Positions 24,618 to 29,326 of a stretch of DNA of 29,326 nt are shown in pieces. The DNA comes from Paramecium tetraurelia (lineage: Eukaryota), in contig CT868054.1 in the NCBI GenBank assembly GCA_000165425.1, positions 186,001 to 215,326 of the forward strand, given 5' to 3'. The translations under genes and the position numbers were made by a program. Below the pieces are notes generated by a model, which made no database searches, was not told the origin of the DNA, and saw only the letters and a list, made by a program, of their open reading frames with translations. Positions within the stretch are counted from its first letter, which is position 1; each line of letters starts with the position of its first letter.

Positions 24618-27600
24618 ATGATTGTTGGTTTGTATTTTGTATCGATCATCGTGGGAGTCTTTGGGTGGAGAGAGTACTATCGGGAGTACCCTAATATTTA
24701 TGGTTATTATACTTAAAAATGCCCAGAATTGCATGCATAAAAGGTTGGTATGCATCCACACTAATGCGTCTGTAATTTAAAGGGAGTAATTTTAGCTTAT
24801 GCTTTGATTTGTAAGGGTGTGACAGAGATAATTATAAAAACGGAATTGAATGGGACTCAACATTTATGCCATCCCAAATTCCAACCATGGGGAGCTGGAA
24901 CTCCAACAAGGGACAATACCACACTTCATTGTGGGTTCGATGGAGGTGATCAGTTAGTGATGGAAATGCTAGCAGATGGAAATTATCAATATTATTGCAA
25001 ATGTAAATATCGGTTAGTATTAGATTAGCATTGACAGATGATAAAAATATACGATGCTTGATAACTGCTTCCCAATATGGCATTTATAGTTGCCAATTTT
25101 GCAAGCCTCCTTACTATGGACTAGATTGTAAAAAAGTTCTCTGGTATTTTGATTACCGTTTTACAAATCCACCCCGATGTATAAATCAAATTTATTTAAG
25201 AATGCTTAGGAAATTGTTAGGAGTGTGAAGATAGTGTAAGTTGTTACAAATGTCTTCCTGGCAAAGCTAACGCAAATAACGATAAAATGTGCTCATTAGG
25301 TAGATCATAGTTTAAACTATTATTATAGATTGTGCAGGATTTACAAATTGCTTTATAGCTTCTAATACATATTAATTTAGTAATGTTTGCACTCCGGGAA
25401 CTGTACTTAGATAGGACCGTTGCGTTTGTATATTTTAAATAATAGTTTATAGAATGTCCTGATGGTTGTTTAACTTGTACTTAAGATTAATAGAACATGA
25501 ATAAAAGGTCTTGTGATGTCTGTGACTCTAATTATTTTAGATTATTATATAGTAGAAATGAACCTGACATGTACTATTGCTATCGAGCAAATAATTGTGA
25601 TACTTCAAGATAATCATTGATTAGTCAAACAGTATTAAATACTGGAGAATATGTTTATAATATACGATGTTATTTATGCGATCCAGGACTTATTTATGTT
25701 GTTTCTAGTGAATAATGCCAAGGTAGAATTAATGAATATATTTCTTTAGCAATCTCTACAGTGAAATAAGGCTGTTTCTTTTTTGGTACTAATTAAGGAA
25801 CTAATTGCGTAGCATGTTCACCATGGTATAGTTTACAATCGGATGGCACATGCAAACCAATGGCCTGCAATTAAGAATGCTTTACATGTTTAGATACAAA
25901 TCCAGATTTTTGTACTACTTGTGATGGTTTTAATCATAAAATACCTGATAATAATGGTATTTGCATTTGTAAGCCAAATTATGGTCTTAAAGCTGATGAG
26001 TGTGTAAAGTGTTCTGAGGGTTATTGTTAAGAATGTGAAGTAGGAAATTTTTTTTTATGTACCTCATGTGCACCTGAGAAATATAGAATCTTAATTGATC
26101 AATAATGCGTTTGCCAACCTGGGTTTTGTTAACCTGCAGATGGAAGTGCGACGTGTATTTGTAAGCATTCTGAATAATAATTAAGTATGCGATAAGTCAT
26201 GTGTAAATTGTTCTGGTCCAACAATTAATGATTGTACTTTATGTCCTGACGAAATGACTACAAATAGAATTCAGATTGGTAATTCGTGTCCTTGTAAAAA
26301 AGGTTACGCTGAATATGAAGTCAAAGATGCTAAATGTGGAAGTATTTGTAGTTATATATTAAGAATGCCATCCAAGATGCAAATCATGTCTCTAAGCAGC
26401 TGACGAAACCTCAAATTAATATTGTCTAACTTGCATACCTGGATAAAATCGAATTCTTTCAGAGAATCTCAATTGTGATTGCAAAGACAACTATTCCGAT
26501 TTTGATGGCACTTTAGATATATGCATAAGTATTTTTATAATTATATTTAGTCTGTGATTATACCTGTGGAGTATGTAATGATTTTGGTCCTACACATTGT
26601 ACCTCATGTTTAGAAAGCTCACATAGATATTTAACAGGTTTAGGAGAATGTTTATGTAAAACATCATACTTTGATGATCAAATATAAAACACAGAGTGTT
26701 AAAGTATAATAGATATTAATCCTAGAATGCCATTATTCATGTTTAAGATGCGCAAATAGCATAGAATAAAATACATGTGTAGAATGTCCTCCAACTAGAA
26801 TGCCTAGTGATCCATTAGCCACTTAGTTCTAATGTATTTGTGAATTTTCAAACTTCTTTGACGATGGATTATTACCAACCTGTCTATAATGTGATGCCTC
26901 TTGTCTAACCTGCAATGGTCCTCTTTCATCTAACTGTCTATCTTGTGATTCAACATATAGAGAATTTTATTTATCATCTTGTCTATGTCCACCAGGATAA
27001 TTTGATGTTGGATAATTGGAATGTGCAAGTAATTCTATTTTAAACATTATCAGAATGTCACTATTCTTGTTTTTAATGCTTTGATAATACAGCTGAAGGT
27101 TGCATAAATTGTTCAATTGATTTTCATCTTAGAGTGTTAAAAGGAAATACTTGTAAATGTATTGATGGATATTATGATGAACCAGGATCATCTAAATGCA
27201 AAAGTAATTATTAACATTATTTTTATAATAGAATGCTCATATAAATGTGAAACCTGTGAAGAGTAAGCTGAAAAATGTTTGAGTTGTCCTTTAAATTAAT
27301 TACGTACTTTTGATTCCACTACAGGTTGTCTTTGTCCAGGAGAGTATTATGATTAACAAAATGTCATAATTTGTTAAAGTAATATAAAAATAAATTAAAG
27401 AATGTCATTTCAAATGCAAAAATTGTAGTGCCTAAACTGAAAGCTCATGCCTCTCATGCGATCCATTGTCATATAGAGAAATTAAACTTTAATAATGTAA
27501 ATGCTAACCACATTATTTTGAAATGGAAGTTTAGGAATGTGCAAGTAATTATTATGCTCAATTATAGTTTTGTAGTGCTCTTTGTTATGAATGCGTTGAT

Positions 27601-29326
27601 AGACTTGATAATTGTACTTCATGCTATGATGATAGATATCTAATTGGAAATAAATGTTAATGTGCTTCTAAGTTTTAAGGGGCTTCGATAAGTACATTTG
27701 AGTTTAATGGTATGGTTAAATGCTAAAGTAAATCTTCATATAACTGTAAGAGTGCCATTATTCTTGTGCAACATGTGGAGGAAAAGAAGAAATAGATTGC
27801 ATTTCTTGTATTGACACTGATAATAGGTATTAAGTAGGCAATACTTGTGTTTGCAAAGAAGGATATTATGATGCAGGATTGCCTGTCTGTTAAAGTATTT
27901 ATCATTTTTTTATCAATAGAATGCAGTTACAAATGTAAAGGATGCTCAAAATAATCTGAATATTGTACTTCTTGTTAAGATAATAGTTTAAGGTAGTTAG
28001 TTTCAGATTTTAAAACATGCAAATGCAATTAAAGATATTATGATGATGGATAAAATGAAGTTTGTTAATGTATATATTTCTATGTTTATAATTAGAATGC
28101 CATTACTCATGCCTTAGATGTAATGACATCGACACAAAATGTGAATTATGCTCATTTGAATCAAATAGAATTTACAATGATTAACTATTTTCTTGTGATT
28201 GTGATGTTGGTTACTATAATACTGGAGTTGAAATCTGTTAAAAATGTCACTATTCCTGTTTAAATTGTAATTCTGGATATTCAAGTTCATGTATTTAATG
28301 TGTTGATTCTAACATTTCAAATAGAGTATTTTATAATAACACTTGTAAATGTTTATTTGGATATTTTGATGATGGCTAATCAATTAAATGTTAAAAATGT
28401 GATGTTTAATGTTTAAGTTGTATTAATCAATCTTATTAATGTTTATCATGTCCACAAACAAGGAAATTAGAAACTAATTGTAAATGTTAACAAGGATATT
28501 ATGATATTGGATTACAACTATGTTAAAAATGTAATTCAATTTGTTCTGCATGTGAATTTACATCTAATAATTGCACATAATGTGATTCTGATTAATTTAG
28601 AGAACTTAATGAAATTACTAAAACTTGTGATTGTTAAATTGGTTATCTTGAACTTAATGGAATTTGTTAATAATGTGATCAAAGTTGTAAAATATGTTAG
28701 TAATAATTGAATCATTGTACATCTTGTGTATAATTTAGAAAATTAAATAATAATAATTGCATTTGTATTGATGGTATGTTTGAATCAATTTAAGATAAAT
28801 AATGTAAGTTATGTCATAAAACATGTTTAACATGTGCTTATTCAGATTAATATTGTTTAACTTGTTCCGTTGATAATTTTAGAATATTTAAATCTGGAAA
28901 TACTTGTGAATGTATATAAGGATACTATGAAAATTAAATAACTTATGCATGTGAATAATGTTCAAAATCTTGTTTAACTTGTTCATAATAATATAATAAT
29001 TGTTTAACATGTGATACAACTCTTAATTTATCTTTAATCAATAATCAATGTTTATGTTCATAATCCTATTATTTTAATTCTTTAACTAATTCATGTTAAT
29101 GTAATACTATTATATTTATATAGAATGTAATATCACTTGTTTAGATTGTTAAATTCAGAATGAATGTACATCATGTAAATTAACAACCAGACATTTAGAT
29201 TAAGATTAAAAGAAATGCATATGTAATGATGGTTATTATGAAACAAACTAAGCAAATTGTTAATGTATTATACATTATCTACTTTTAGAATGTCATTTAT
29301 CATGTGAGACTTGTATTAATATCGAT
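24618..29326 (+). CDS. 5' half (copy C) of the giant Cys-rich polycystin-1-like receptor; continues beyond window
   Basis: ATG 24618 MIVGLYFVSIIVGVFGWREYYREY; same exon/intron layout as 9601-14318 (offset 15017 falling to 15008); one extra T at 27568-27571 just after an intron acceptor. Confidence 0.9.

Larger units (their letters stand above)
1..29326 (+). repeat. Tandem segmental duplication: 1-2558 matches 16550-19111, and ~5190-14318 matches ~21130-29326
   Basis: Direct sequence matches; also seen as duplicated ORFs in the track (1927 vs 18479; 12712 vs 27723). Confidence 0.95.

Noticed and set aside
1..29326. Short ORFs in the supplied track as real small genes
   Set aside because: They assume TAA/TAG stops. 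They are fragments, antisense shadows or wrong frames of ciliate-code genes, or they span the N gap.
1..29326. Transposons, telomeric repeats, tRNA/rRNA genes
   Set aside because: No DDE or RT motifs, terminal inverted repeats, G-rich telomere tracts or structured RNA signatures were seen on reading.

Overview
AT-rich eukaryotic DNA from a ciliate, almost certainly the Paramecium macronuclear genome. TAA/TAG read as Gln, TGA is the only stop, and introns are 22-29 nt GT...AG, so the supplied standard-code ORF track is largely uninformative. The window is a tandem array with a period of about 15-16.5 kb. It holds three copies (A 1-2558, 3' part; B 9601-19466, full length; C 24618-end, 5' part) of a giant (~3000 aa) surface receptor: signal peptide, ~30 Cys-rich furin-like repeats, REJ-like region, GAIN/GPS-like motif and ~5 TM helices with polycystin-1-like motifs, but no channel domain. 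Copies B and C differ most at the N-terminal tip, while the core, introns included, is nearly identical. Each copy carries private frameshifts in this assembly. The spacers are much more diverged homologues showing reciprocal gene loss. Unit 1 keeps an intact ~1150-aa type I membrane protein gene and a SAXO/STOP-like gene, and unit 2 has only deleted relics of these. An intact TMBIM/Bax-inhibitor-1-family gene lies on the minus strand at 19963-20970. There is a 150-N assembly gap at 2559-2708. All translations and alignments were done by eye.
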